Source: Bacteriovoracia bacterium (GTDB lineage Bacteria > Bdellovibrionota > UBA1018 > CAIPTA01). From it: 64,000 nt of DNA. Numbering within the stretch: the stretch's first letter is position 1; the number at the start of each line of letters is the position of its first letter. The notes under the pieces are model-generated. The model was not told the DNA's origin. It saw only the letters and a list, made by a program, of their open reading frames with translations, and did not search any database. Made by a program: the position numbers and the translations under genes. Location of the stretch: positions 1,280,001 to 1,344,000 of the forward strand of contig JBFWVL010000001.1 in NCBI GenBank assembly GCA_050246755.1, read 5' to 3'. This document shows positions 29,742 to 39,049 of this stretch, piece after piece.

Positions 29742-31201
29742 ACGCCGACCTCTTTTGAATCTTCGCTAGGATCGTCAAGCGGAGTGACCTCATTAGAGGT
29801 GATGACTTTCTTCTCTCTCATCGGACTCAAAAGGGCCTCGATTTTGTCATCGGCAAGAAGGGGCACCTGCACCTCCGACATTTCAGTTCCATCGCGCCAG
29901 ATAGCACGGCCCTTGATGTCGGGAAGGTCTGCGGCGCGAACGCTATCTAGGATAGTCATGCTGGAGGCGTTGTCTGGCATGTGAAAGCAAAGACGGCCCT
30001 GCAAGTTTGTCTTGATCGTTCCGTCGATCACTTTCACATCGGGACGCTGGGTAGAGACGATGACATGAACGCCGACCGCGCGGCCTTGAGCCGCAAGCTG
30101 CGCCACGACCCGGCGAGCCTTAGAAGCACCCTCCGCATTTAGCTCCGCGCCAACGAGGAATAGCTCGGCAGCTTCATCTACAATGACAACGTGACGGCCA
30201 AAATCCTTGTCCGACTTGAAATCATCCGTCCATTTTTTCTTGTCTTTAGGGAGCGCGAAAAATTCTTCGATTTTATGACAGCTATTTTCTAGGAGAAACT
30301 TTGCCCGCTTTGCGATCACGCCTTGAAGACGGGCAAGGCGCTCGACCGCTTCTTGCGGGCGAATGATGACTTGAATCCTCGGCAAGTTATGAAACTGGAT
30401 CGACTCAAGGCCGTTCTTAAGGTCGATCAGCGTGAACTCACACGAGGGATTGTTCAAGTAAAGGGTCGAGATGAATTGCTTGAGATAAGTCGATTTACCG
30501 GAGTTACTTGTTCCTGCGATCAGCAGGTGCGGCGTCGATTCCAGGCTTGAGCGCTTCTGACCCGTGCGGGTGTTGCCGATAATGAAATTATAGCCTCTGT
30601 ATCCATAGGGGCTATCCAGGGTGATGATCTTCGGGATGTCTTTTTCGGCGTACTTGATTTTAATGAGGCCCTTGGTGCGAGCCTCCTTCATCTCCTCGAT
30701 GAATCCGAAAACATCCGTCTCCAGCTTTTCCCGCGCCTGCTTAAATGCCGAGAGCGGAACGCCATTCATGGAAAGCACCATCTCGCGCACACCACCATCA
30801 ATCGGGCGGTCAGCAATGAACGAAGGGAGGCGGCCCAAGGTGGTCTTAAGCCCCGCCTCGATGAAAATTGCCGTCAGGGTCGAAAGGAGCTTGTGTAGTT
30901 TCACGGCCTCCCTGATTCCCCAGAGCCAAAAGCCAGAGGTCAGAAGGGCCGCCTGGAACGTCCAATAAATGATGGGGTGATTGTATGGGTAGAGAAATGC
31001 GAGATGCGCTTTTTTTAGAAGCCACACATCAGCCCCGCAGGCAGTGAAAACGCTCAACATCACCGCCCACGCGCCACACTCGAAATAGGGAATAGTGCCC
31101 TTTCGCACGCCGTGCGCGACCTCGACGAAGGGGCGTGATAGGCGCTTCATTGCCCTGATAAACTTCCCGATGTTGTCCTGCTTTTCAGTTTTAGTTTTCA
31201 C
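29738..31201 (-). CDS. FtsK/SpoIIIE-family ATPase, probable coupling protein
   Basis: N-terminal TMs; PHLLIAGTSNSGKST, IDLKNG, IVDEAAEL, GRAVGVHVIVSTQRP. Confidence 0.9.
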   Translation of the reverse strand: MKTKTEKQDNIGKFIRAMKRLSRPFVEVAHGVRKGTIPYFECGAWAVMLSVFTACGADVWLLKKAHLAFLYPYNHPIIYWTFQAALLTSGFWLWGIREAVKLHKLLSTLTAIFIEAGLKTTLGRLPSFIADRPIDGGVREMVLSMNGVPLSAFKQAREKLETDVFGFIEEMKEARTKGLIKIKYAEKDIPKIITLDSPYGYRGYNFIIGNTRTGQKRSSLESTPHLLIAGTSNSGKSTYLKQFISTLYLNNPSCEFTLIDLKNGLESIQFHNLPRIQVIIRPQEAVERLARLQGVIAKRAKFLLENSCHKIEEFFALPKDKKKWTDDFKSDKDFGRHVVIVDEAAELFLVGAELNAEGASKARRVVAQLAAQGRAVGVHVIVSTQRPDVKVIDGTIKTNLQGRLCFHMPDNASSMTILDSVRAADLPDIKGRAIWRDGTEMSEVQVPLLADDKIEALLSPMREKKVITSNEVTPLDDPSEDSKEVGV

Positions 31202-32098
31202 TCATCCCCCGTTGTCGGCGAAGAAAAGGAAAAACTCTGTTCCGGCCTTCACCTCGATTACTGGCGCAGAGTTTTTGTATTCAGACGCAATCTGATTCGA
31301 CTCTTCGAGTGCAGCCTCGGCGGTACCGTTCAAGAGAGCGTTTCGCATAGTGGGCTTTCTGATCGTGGCCCCATATTGCCCTTCCGTTTCCTGAAGGGCT
31401 TGCGAAGCTCCCGAAAGAAATTTGAGCCCCACATTTGCCGCAAGTTTGATAGCGCGGCTTGCGATTTTCGATCCCTTTAACCCCATCGTCTTATCGGAGC
31501 TATCTGCGGCTTCCGCCGCCACCTGAGAAATATCACCGTCCTTGTGCAGAATTTTTGTGAACGCCACGAAAAGACGATCCTCAGTGGAAGCCCCTCGGCC
31601 CAAGATCGTCGATCCCGCCTCGATCAACGTTTCGCCATTCACTCGCACATCATCCTTCAAGATGGCTTTCACCGCTCCATTTGAGGCACCAGTCACTAGC
31701 TCGGCACGGACAAGAGTGCCGGGAGGAACTTGTAAATTTCTTGACCGCGCAATGAGCTTTGGGCCGGAGAGTTTGAGTGGAACTCCTGATCTTGGGGAAC
31801 GGCGGTTCTGATCCAACTGCCTTGCGTCCACGGCTCGGGAATAGTTGCCCTTTGTGGGATCAACTTGCTCCAAGCCGACCGAGGGAATCGACATCGGCGC
31901 ATGGGCTTCGATTGGTTCCTCGGGTTCACCGCGAAAGAAGGAAATGCCGATGGCGATAAACGCCATCAGCACCCCCGCGATCTTGTACCGCCTGCCTTGA
32001 TTGGCCTCGCGCCGAATGTAGCTGAAATTTTCAAGGAAGGTTTTTTTCGCCTTGCCCTCCGAAGTCATTTCAACGGATTCGATCTTGTCCGAGTTCAT
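31202..32098 (-). CDS. TrbI/VirB10-like conjugation protein
   Basis: Single TM; VPPGTLVRAEL, GSTILG, RLFVAFTKI, GLKG, PVIEVKAGTEFFLFF. Confidence 0.75.
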   Translation of the reverse strand: MNSDKIESVEMTSEGKAKKTFLENFSYIRREANQGRRYKIAGVLMAFIAIGISFFRGEPEEPIEAHAPMSIPSVGLEQVDPTKGNYSRAVDARQLDQNRRSPRSGVPLKLSGPKLIARSRNLQVPPGTLVRAELVTGASNGAVKAILKDDVRVNGETLIEAGSTILGRGASTEDRLFVAFTKILHKDGDISQVAAEAADSSDKTMGLKGSKIASRAIKLAANVGLKFLSGASQALQETEGQYGATIRKPTMRNALLNGTAEAALEESNQIASEYKNSAPVIEVKAGTEFFLFFADNGG

Positions 32099-32517
32099 TT
32101 TTTCCCCTTTCCCTTTTTGGGTGGCGGAGATGTTTCGGGCTTGGGTTCGATTGCATCCAGCACGCGAATCACGGGGCTTCCGCCCTGGGTCGATGTAATC
32201 AGGTCAAAGCTGAATCGCCGCCCGAAGAGATAAACGAACAAGTTGGAACGAGCGGCGATGTTAAGGGGCGAAATCGCAAGATCGTTTTCGACATACTCGA
32301 TTCCGAATGTTCCCGCACGCCCAAGGATAACCTTCGAGGGTTTAATCGGGAAACTTAACACCGTTCCCCGCGTTGAGATCAACACCTTGCCGATTGTCTT
32401 TTCGTCGAGCCGAACAACCTTCACCTCGTCAGCGAATGCGTTGAGCGTGAAGGCCATAAGCAGAGCGAAGATGAGGGCGAAAAAGAACAACTCGGAATGT
32501 CGTTGGTTATTTGCCAT
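32095..32517 (-). CDS. VirB9/TraK-like outer-membrane core protein
   Basis: Signal peptide; TVLSFP...SNLFVY...RFSFDL; position before VirB10-like gene. Confidence 0.55.
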   Translation of the reverse strand: MANNQRHSELFFFALIFALLMAFTLNAFADEVKVVRLDEKTIGKVLISTRGTVLSFPIKPSKVILGRAGTFGIEYVENDLAISPLNIAARSNLFVYLFGRRFSFDLITSTQGGSPVIRVLDAIEPKPETSPPPKKGKGKK

Positions 32518-33067
32518 CCTTTTTGTCCTCCGTCTTGATTGGGGCCACACGCAGGACGACAAGACCATACGGATTGCCGCTCGTGCGCGTGGCTTTTGCG
32601 ATGGAGACGGTCATTGGCATTTGAAATGCCGATCTGATTTTTCCAACGGACAGGATGCGGTCGGCATCCACAAGATAGTCGTCACCTTGCTTTGCGACGG
32701 AGTTCACAACGACCTTCTGTCTGATTTCCCGCCGCGCCAGCTCCGACTGTTCAGTGTCACGGGCCTTCAGTTCTTCCAGGGCGAAGTAGTCGCCAACGAC
32801 AGCCGCGCCGGAGTTAAACCGCTGCGCGATGGCCTCCCCAATAAACGCCTCGATTTCCTGCGGAGTCTGCGCTTGCGATTGCGTAGACGCTGCCGCAGAG
32901 AAGCACCCACGCTCAATTACAAGCGGCTCTTTGAAGGCAAATTTCAGTGCGATCATCAAAACGACGACGCAAACAAAAGTGACACCAAGCACAGCGATAC
33001 GAAGCACGTTGTTTTGTTTCGCAACGTCGGCCCAAGCCATAGAAAAACGCATAGATTTCCTTTCCAC
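32507..33067 (-). CDS. VirB8/TraE-like bitopic conjugation protein
   Basis: One TM then periplasmic domain ending RTSGNPYGLVV (NPxGL motif of VirB8/TrbF). Confidence 0.7.
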   Translation of the reverse strand: MERKSMRFSMAWADVAKQNNVLRIAVLGVTFVCVVVLMIALKFAFKEPLVIERGCFSAAASTQSQAQTPQEIEAFIGEAIAQRFNSGAAVVGDYFALEELKARDTEQSELARREIRQKVVVNSVAKQGDDYLVDADRILSVGKIRSAFQMPMTVSIAKATRTSGNPYGLVVLRVAPIKTEDKKDGK

Positions 33068-33103
33068 TTAATACGGAAAAAATCTGGATTCAGTGCGGCG
33101 TTC

Positions 33104-33970
33104 TTAGACACCTTTTGGTTTCAAGGATTTTTTGTCATCAGGTCTTGGAAACGCGCCAGCCGCCCCCTTCCCTGCGCTTACACCAGCAGAGACGCCCTTC
33201 TTGGCAACTAGGGTTGGACTGAAGGTCGCGGCCATCGCCGCCGTTCCAATGGCAGAGCTTGCCATTGACGACATTCCTTTTGATGCGAGGGCACTGACGA
33301 CTATTGGTGTTGCAAGAAGCGAGAGCGCCAGAATCAGGTTGAACGAAATCACTGTCAGGAAATTGATGTCGGCCTTGTTCATATCGCTCAGTGCGCTACT
33401 CCAAAGTAAAGCCGCCAGCGTCGCCCACACAATTTTCCACATACAGACTTCAATTAAAGAACGGTAGAGTGCCTTTGTCGCGCCCGCTGTCGCAGGCAGA
33501 ATGAAAAACGCAATCAGTATTGGCGAGAACACATACAGAATCGTCCAAACGTAGATGACCCCGGCGTTCGTGATGAAAACCGAGATGTAAAGAATGAAGA
33601 ATGTCACGAAGGAAAAAAGCATGATGATGCTGTCCTTCACCGCCGTCCAGCTCCATGCCATCGTATCGAGCTTTTCTTTCATCCTCGTGGTGACGAGATT
33701 AAAGTTGTTATAGTCGCCGATACGGGAAGCGAGTGCGTCGGTTACGTCGCTCAACGTATTCGTCACTTCGGCATAGCTGTGGAGCAAGAAGGCTGCGATC
33801 AGCACGCGCCCAACCAGCTCCGGCGTGAACGCCATTCCGCCGATAGGGAGCTTGAAGTATTCGCTTATCACCCCTACCAACACAAGAACGACGGCCAGTC
33901 CATAGAACATCGTCTCGAAGACGGCGTGGATATTCCGCGCCTCTTGAGCGAGCCACGATAAATCAGTCAT
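33104..33970 (-). CDS. VirB6/TrbL-like polytopic membrane protein
   Basis: Multiple TMs, SPILIAFFILPAT, Gly/Ala-rich C-terminal tail. Confidence 0.7.
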   Translation of the reverse strand: MTDLSWLAQEARNIHAVFETMFYGLAVVLVLVGVISEYFKLPIGGMAFTPELVGRVLIAAFLLHSYAEVTNTLSDVTDALASRIGDYNNFNLVTTRMKEKLDTMAWSWTAVKDSIIMLFSFVTFFILYISVFITNAGVIYVWTILYVFSPILIAFFILPATAGATKALYRSLIEVCMWKIVWATLAALLWSSALSDMNKADINFLTVISFNLILALSLLATPIVVSALASKGMSSMASSAIGTAAMAATFSPTLVAKKGVSAGVSAGKGAAGAFPRPDDKKSLKPKGV

Positions 33971-33972
33971 AC

Positions 33973-34671
33973 TCAAAACCTCGGAAGTTTGTAGTTAGGG
34001 TTTTGGGTCTTTAGGGATTCTCCGAGCTGGCCGGAAACATCCATCATGTGACGGGTCATTTCCTTATCTCGGTGGTTTTGAAGGGCCAAAGCTTGCGCTT
34101 GGATTTTTAGACCCGTCGCCTGGGTGCGAAGACTTTGATTCATTACTGTCAACATCACGCCCATGCTTTCGGCAGTGAGCTTTTGTGCGCCGCCAGGAGA
34201 AACTGCGTGACTGTATTGCTTGATGGCTTCCCCAATCTGGTCGATGTCAGCAGTGTATTTGTAGATGGAGTTATTGAGAGAAATTGCTTCCGCCACACTT
34301 TGATCCGTGTCTTTCTGCACTCTCGCATCCTGCGAAGGTGTCACGGCACCATAAATCTGCTCCAAGCCCCGCAAGGCTTGGTCGAACTTATCCCAATTTT
34401 TGTAAATTCCTGGGTCGATGTTGGGATAAATCGTCCTTACGATGCCGAGCGAATCGTTGATGCCTCGATTGATGTCTCGTAAGAGTCCAAGGGTGTCAGC
34501 CCCATTGCCGATAATCTCCTTGAGCGCAATGAGCTGCTGGGCCGTGTTCGTCACGATCTGAATTAGTAGCGGAATGTCGCCACCCCAAAAATCGGCGCGG
34601 CTGGTGGTTGGCGCGAACACCAGAACGAGAGCCATCAAATGAACGAAGATCACTTTCTTTAATTTCTTCAC
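33973..34671 (-). CDS. VirB5/TrbJ-like secreted protein
   Basis: GTG start, signal peptide, helical Gln-rich body; between VirB4 and VirB6-like genes. Confidence 0.55.
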   Translation of the reverse strand: MKKLKKVIFVHLMALVLVFAPTTSRADFWGGDIPLLIQIVTNTAQQLIALKEIIGNGADTLGLLRDINRGINDSLGIVRTIYPNIDPGIYKNWDKFDQALRGLEQIYGAVTPSQDARVQKDTDQSVAEAISLNNSIYKYTADIDQIGEAIKQYSHAVSPGGAQKLTAESMGVMLTVMNQSLRTQATGLKIQAQALALQNHRDKEMTRHMMDVSGQLGESLKTQNPNYKLPRF

Positions 34672-37088
34672 GAAACCCTCTCTTTCTCGAAAGCCGCAAT
34701 GCCGCGAGGATATTGTTCCGCGAGAATACGCAGCCGCATAAGATGGGAGTCATTCGGGCAATCCGCCGCGAGTTGATCGACAGCGGCCAAATCCTTCGGG
34801 TCGGTGGTAGCGATCCAGTATTCAAGCGGCGTGGATTCGACAACGGCGATGATGCGATTTTTCTGTGCTAGCAGAAATGCCTGAGATAGCCGCCCTTTCT
34901 CCTGGTAGAGTGACTTCACCATCTGCACTTCATTGTCGTTGAGGTCTAAAACCTCTTTCAGCCGTTCGCCGTCCACCTGCTGCTGGAGCAGCAGCCACTT
35001 GATCGAGCAGTTTGGCAGCAATGCCCCTGCGATCCGCGATTTAGCGAAGTCGTCTATGTCCTGCGAGATCGCAATGGCCGATGCCTTATATTTGCGGAAA
35101 GTTCTAAAAACCTCCTCGATGAACACGATCCCCGATTCGTTCTTGAGGAGCTTCCAGCACTCATCGAAGCAGAGGAATTTTTTGGTGAGCCGATCTTTTT
35201 GAACCTCGCGCCACACAAGATCGGTAATAAGGAACAGGCAAACGGCCTGGAGTTCCGGGTAGGTTTCCATGCCCTTGAGATCGAATGCGACCACTTGCTT
35301 ATCGAGGCTGATATTCGTCCTCTGATCGAGGAATTTGCCAAACAGCGAATCCCCGCACCAGGGTGCGAGAATTTTTCCGAAGCGGTTGATGGTTGGGTCT
35401 TTATGGTTGAGGAGAATCGTCCGGAGATCAGAGAGGCGTGGTGCCTTTGATGTCGCGTACACCTCTCTAATAGCCTCCTCCAGCTCGGCCCGCTCCAGCT
35501 TCGGCAGACGCGAAACATCTTCCTCCTTCGCCATGAGTTCGATCAACCCCACCAGAAATTTAATTTTCTGGTTCGAGACGACTTCCTCACCTGGGGCCAG
35601 GTCGAAAGGATTGATCGCAATTCCCTCGGAGACGCCGAGCGGAAGATATTGCCCCCCCAGGTTTTCGCAGAGCTTTTTATAGCTCCCGCCAATATCGACA
35701 AAGAAGATCTTAGGATTCTCTTTGAGCATCTGCATGAGGATGATGTTTGTGAGAAAGGATTTTCCGCTGCCTGACCCACCAGAGATCAGCATGTTGGAGT
35801 TCGTAAATTCTGAATCGAACGGGTCAAACTTCAAGAGCGCACCGGAGCCACTTCGTAAAAGAGCACTTGGCTCAGTGGTTCCCGTCCACGCACCGTAGAT
35901 CGGGAGGAGATCGGCAAGGTTTGATGTCTTCACTCGCTTGGATCGCTCCGCCGTCCGTGCATTAGGAATTGCCATCTGCGAGAAAATGTCGAAGGCCGCA
36001 ATCGTTTCCTGCATGGCTTCGCTACTCCCAAGACTTCGCACTGCAATGAGGGCCTGATTTACTTTGTCGTCCAGCTCCTCAAGGCTCTCCGATTTCAGGA
36101 GGATATTGAGACTCAGGCGAAAAACCTTTTCGCCACTAGCGATCATTTGCTCCAGCAGCGTTTCCAGGTCTTGCAGCTTTGCCTCGGATTCGATGTCAGA
36201 AACGCCGCTTCGCTTTCCCCGCGCCATTGAGAAAGCAATGCGCCTTTGTGTCTTGAGGCCCTCCATCTCCTTCGTCTGATCCGGCACATGAACGGAGAAA
36301 AACAGCCGCGATCCGAACGGAAGCCCCTGAAGGATTGCGCCAAGGCAGGAGTACGTCGCCTCCGGCAGAATCTTAAGAGACAAAACCCTATGATGGACTT
36401 TGCCGATGCAAAATCCCTCCTGAGAAATCGAGATGTCGGTGAGGCAAAGCGATTCACGCAGGTCTTCGGGGTCATACTGACCAAGCCCGATTTTGCGCGT
36501 GGGATTCCATTGCTTGTAGGTGAGTTTCAAAACTTCATCGGGGGCGAGAACGCGGGCGCTCAAACCCAATGATTTAATGCCCTGAAGCAGGTCTTCAAGC
36601 GTGCGGTCGAAGAAAGATAGCTCTTTCTTCAAACGATCTTCTGTTACTTCTTGAAATTTTGGTGTGAATGAAAAGAATTTCGTCCTATCGGTGAGTCGTT
36701 GCGAAAACGCCTTCCGTACAAAGATATGGAGATCGTACTTCGGGATGAATCCCTGCTGGTCAAATTTCCGAAACATCGAAGCGCGACCCAAGGCGAGCGC
36801 CTTTGCCGCCTCGTTGGTAGAGGCCAGCGCGGTTTTCTCAAAACCAGCGATCTCCTCTTCATTGCCATCTCGAATGTCGCAGACGAATTGAATGTCCAAT
36901 CCGCTTGGCAAGCTATTAAGAAATTGAATCAGACTTCCAGCTAGCGCGTTTTTTCCTTCATCAGAATAGGCAACCACATCTAGCGGCGAAACTCTGATGG
37001 CGGCCCCCAGCGAACCGTCCTCGAAAATCATGCGATCTTGTTCAAAGCCCCAGAGCTGAAGCTCATCGGTCAAAATGTCAGTTTTCAT
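34668..37088 (-). CDS. VirB4/TraC-family conjugative ATPase
   Basis: NMLISGGSGSGKSF, VDIGGSY, INPF, FDECW, RTFRKY...ISQ; 806 aa. Confidence 0.92.
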   Translation of the reverse strand: MKTDILTDELQLWGFEQDRMIFEDGSLGAAIRVSPLDVVAYSDEGKNALAGSLIQFLNSLPSGLDIQFVCDIRDGNEEEIAGFEKTALASTNEAAKALALGRASMFRKFDQQGFIPKYDLHIFVRKAFSQRLTDRTKFFSFTPKFQEVTEDRLKKELSFFDRTLEDLLQGIKSLGLSARVLAPDEVLKLTYKQWNPTRKIGLGQYDPEDLRESLCLTDISISQEGFCIGKVHHRVLSLKILPEATYSCLGAILQGLPFGSRLFFSVHVPDQTKEMEGLKTQRRIAFSMARGKRSGVSDIESEAKLQDLETLLEQMIASGEKVFRLSLNILLKSESLEELDDKVNQALIAVRSLGSSEAMQETIAAFDIFSQMAIPNARTAERSKRVKTSNLADLLPIYGAWTGTTEPSALLRSGSGALLKFDPFDSEFTNSNMLISGGSGSGKSFLTNIILMQMLKENPKIFFVDIGGSYKKLCENLGGQYLPLGVSEGIAINPFDLAPGEEVVSNQKIKFLVGLIELMAKEEDVSRLPKLERAELEEAIREVYATSKAPRLSDLRTILLNHKDPTINRFGKILAPWCGDSLFGKFLDQRTNISLDKQVVAFDLKGMETYPELQAVCLFLITDLVWREVQKDRLTKKFLCFDECWKLLKNESGIVFIEEVFRTFRKYKASAIAISQDIDDFAKSRIAGALLPNCSIKWLLLQQQVDGERLKEVLDLNDNEVQMVKSLYQEKGRLSQAFLLAQKNRIIAVVESTPLEYWIATTDPKDLAAVDQLAADCPNDSHLMRLRILAEQYPRGIAAFEKERVS

Positions 37089-37408
37089 CTAGCCCCCTTG
37101 CGCAATAGTCGCGGCGGTTTTTGAAAAATTCTTGATTCAGGGAATGCCCAAAGAGCTTTCGGCCTCACCCAGAATTTTCCTAGGTGCAGTAGATAGTTGT
37201 CGGGCTTGCCGCGCTTTCCGATGCGAATTGTGAGGGCCACTGCCAGAGTGGGGAGCCACACTAAAAACAACTTCCCCGAAGCTGCGCCGAACAGAAAATT
37301 TAGGATCGAGAGCAGGAAGAAGATGAACAGCAAGTCAGGAATTTCAAATCCCATGACTTGCAGCTTTTTCTCCAAGCACTGGCTGACGGGCGTTACTTTC
37401 AAAGCCAT
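37085..37408 (-). CDS. VirB3/TraL-like membrane protein
   Basis: ATG 37408 with GGAG RBS; two TMs and KRGKPDNYL motif; between pilin and VirB4. Confidence 0.7.
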   Translation of the reverse strand: MALKVTPVSQCLEKKLQVMGFEIPDLLFIFFLLSILNFLFGAASGKLFLVWLPTLAVALTIRIGKRGKPDNYLLHLGKFWVRPKALWAFPESRIFQKPPRLLRKGAR

Positions 37409-37482
37409 GTGTGATCTCCAACGAAAGAACCGCCGCCACCCAGAGAAAGACAATTCTCCGAGCGGCAGCGGGCGGGTGGCCC

Positions 37483-37767
37483 CTAGTGGATGAGTGTCTG
37501 GACAAATTCGATGATGGAGGGTGCGCCGAATCCGACGACGGCCCCCATGATCGCCAGGATCAGGTGCGAGCGAGCGTTCTGCGATCCCGTGAAGAACGAG
37601 AATGCAGCGAACACCAACCCCAGAATCCCAACGAGCGGAAGAACTGTATTGATGAGCTTTGACTGCACGGCCATCAGACTTGATTCAACGCTGGCAAACG
37701 CCATCGCGGGGGCCAGTAGCATCCCCACGGAGCCGAACAACGCGGCCCAGAACTTTTTGATTTTCAT
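37483..37767 (-). CDS. TrbC/VirB2-family pilin
   Basis: Signal peptide ending AFA, two hydrophobic helices, GAVVGFGAPSI. Confidence 0.85.
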   Translation of the reverse strand: MKIKKFWAALFGSVGMLLAPAMAFASVESSLMAVQSKLINTVLPLVGILGLVFAAFSFFTGSQNARSHLILAIMGAVVGFGAPSIIEFVQTLIH

Positions 37768-37846
37768 AAAACCCCTTTGCGAAATGGAAAGTCCTTCAAA
37801 CGGACTTTTTTAGTGGCGGGGTTGACTGTTGCGCGGGTGCCGAGCC

Positions 37847-38194
37847 TTAGTTGCTCGGATAGATGGACATATAGACCTTTTGTTTCGGAAGACGCAGGTT
37901 GATCTCCAGATACTCCTTCAAGTCGCTGCGCAAAATCGCGTAACCAACGGGATTTTGAAAATGCTCGCCGCTTTCGTTTTCGACTTTCTTGGTGAAGATC
38001 GTGAATTTTTCCGAGGAATCGCGGTTCATGCTTAGGTAATAGGTGACATTCGGGAACGGCCACAGCTTCAGGATGTAGTATTTCAGGTTTTCGTACTTCA
38101 GCGCATAGCCGATATGAAATGCGCTTTCAAGTTTCTGGCTGGTCTGGTTTCCAACAAACACATCATGCTTCATTTTATTCACTTCGAGTTCCAT
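37847..38194 (-). CDS. Hypothetical protein (aromatic beta-rich, two IG/VG-YA repeats)
   Basis: 115-aa ORF with AGGGGA RBS, upstream of pilin. Confidence 0.7.
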   Translation of the reverse strand: MELEVNKMKHDVFVGNQTSQKLESAFHIGYALKYENLKYYILKLWPFPNVTYYLSMNRDSSEKFTIFTKKVENESGEHFQNPVGYAILRSDLKEYLEINLRLPKQKVYMSIYPSN

Positions 38195-38247
38195 TGAAAT
38201 TCCCCTTTAAAAATTTATTTTTATGATTGGAGTCGGCGCGTATGTCC

Positions 38248-38373
38248 TTACTTGAGGAGCATGAGCAACTTCTTGATTCGCCGAACGATGGATCTAATCC
38301 TCCGATTACCGGAAACTTCTTCCTTGGAAATCGAATCGAGAATTACCCCCACCTCTTTTTTGACCGTCTTCAC
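38248..38373 (-). CDS. Small basic helical protein (41 aa)
   Basis: Not in track. GTG start after AGGAGG; MKTVKKEVGVILDSISKEEVSGNRRIRSIVRRIKKLLMLLK. Confidence 0.6.
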   Translation of the reverse strand: MKTVKKEVGVILDSISKEEVSGNRRIRSIVRRIKKLLMLLK

Positions 38374-38381
38374 TTGCCCTC

Positions 38382-38519
38382 CTATTGGCCCATGAGCCTT
38401 AGCGTATTGTTCAGTTCAGCAATCAAGCGGGCGTTGCTCATAATTTCTCGAATCGAGAGCGCCCCCATGAGTTCGTAAAGTTCGCGTTTGAGTAACATCA
38501 GCACTCTGGTTTCATTCAT
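38382..38519 (-). CDS. Small helical protein (45 aa)
   Basis: Not in track. ATGA overlap with upstream ORF, AGGGGG RBS; MNETRVLMLLKRELYELMGALSIREIMSNARLIAELNNTLRLMGQ. Confidence 0.6.
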   Translation of the reverse strand: MNETRVLMLLKRELYELMGALSIREIMSNARLIAELNNTLRLMGQ

Positions 38520-38671
38520 AAAATCCCCCTGCGAATGAATGCTTCTGGGTTCTTTCGATATAACTCGGATCGAGCGGCGTTTATTTTTTCTTGTACGCGA
38601 TCCGCTTCTTCAGAAGACCACCATAGCTTTCGGATTGCAGCCTTGAGAATTACGACAATCCTGCGCCTCAT
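38516..38671 (-). CDS. Small basic protein (51 aa)
   Basis: Not in track. ATGA overlaps on both sides; MRRRIVVILKAAIRKLWWSSEEADRVQEKINAARSELYRKNPEAFIRRGIL. Confidence 0.55.
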   Translation of the reverse strand: MRRRIVVILKAAIRKLWWSSEEADRVQEKINAARSELYRKNPEAFIRRGIL

Positions 38672-38898
38672 GCGACACCGCCCACCGATTCCTCGGTTTC
38701 ATCTTTTAGTTTTGCGATTTTCTCGCGGGATTTCTGGGCGGCGACCTTTTCGGCCCACGCCGGAATGGGGAGATCATCGGATGATCGCGGTCGATCCATA
38801 AGATCGGGGCTGTAGTTGCAGCTCACACAAAATGCGTGAGTTTTCAGAACTTCGTAGCCGCGTTCATTGCAGCGCGGGCACGTTCGTAGGTAGCTCAT
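38668..38898 (-). CDS. Small Zn-ribbon protein, first gene of leftward operon
   Basis: CPRC...CVSC; AAGGAG RBS. Confidence 0.75.
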   Translation of the reverse strand: MSYLRTCPRCNERGYEVLKTHAFCVSCNYSPDLMDRPRSSDDLPIPAWAEKVAAQKSREKIAKLKDETEESVGGVA

Positions 38899-39049
38899 AG
38901 CTTTTCTCCTTTGCTGGTGAGGCGGGCGGTTCTTCGCCCTCTCACCAAATTAAATTGCAAGGAGTGCCAGCTATTGCGTGATTGTGAGCCAACGCCCGAA
39001 GACCAAAGAGGAATTAGGGAAAACAGGCGGATTTTGCAGGATCGAAACA

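Noticed and set aside
32243-33211. 322-aa + strand ORF
   Set aside because: Antisense shadow across three coherent tra genes; no motifs.
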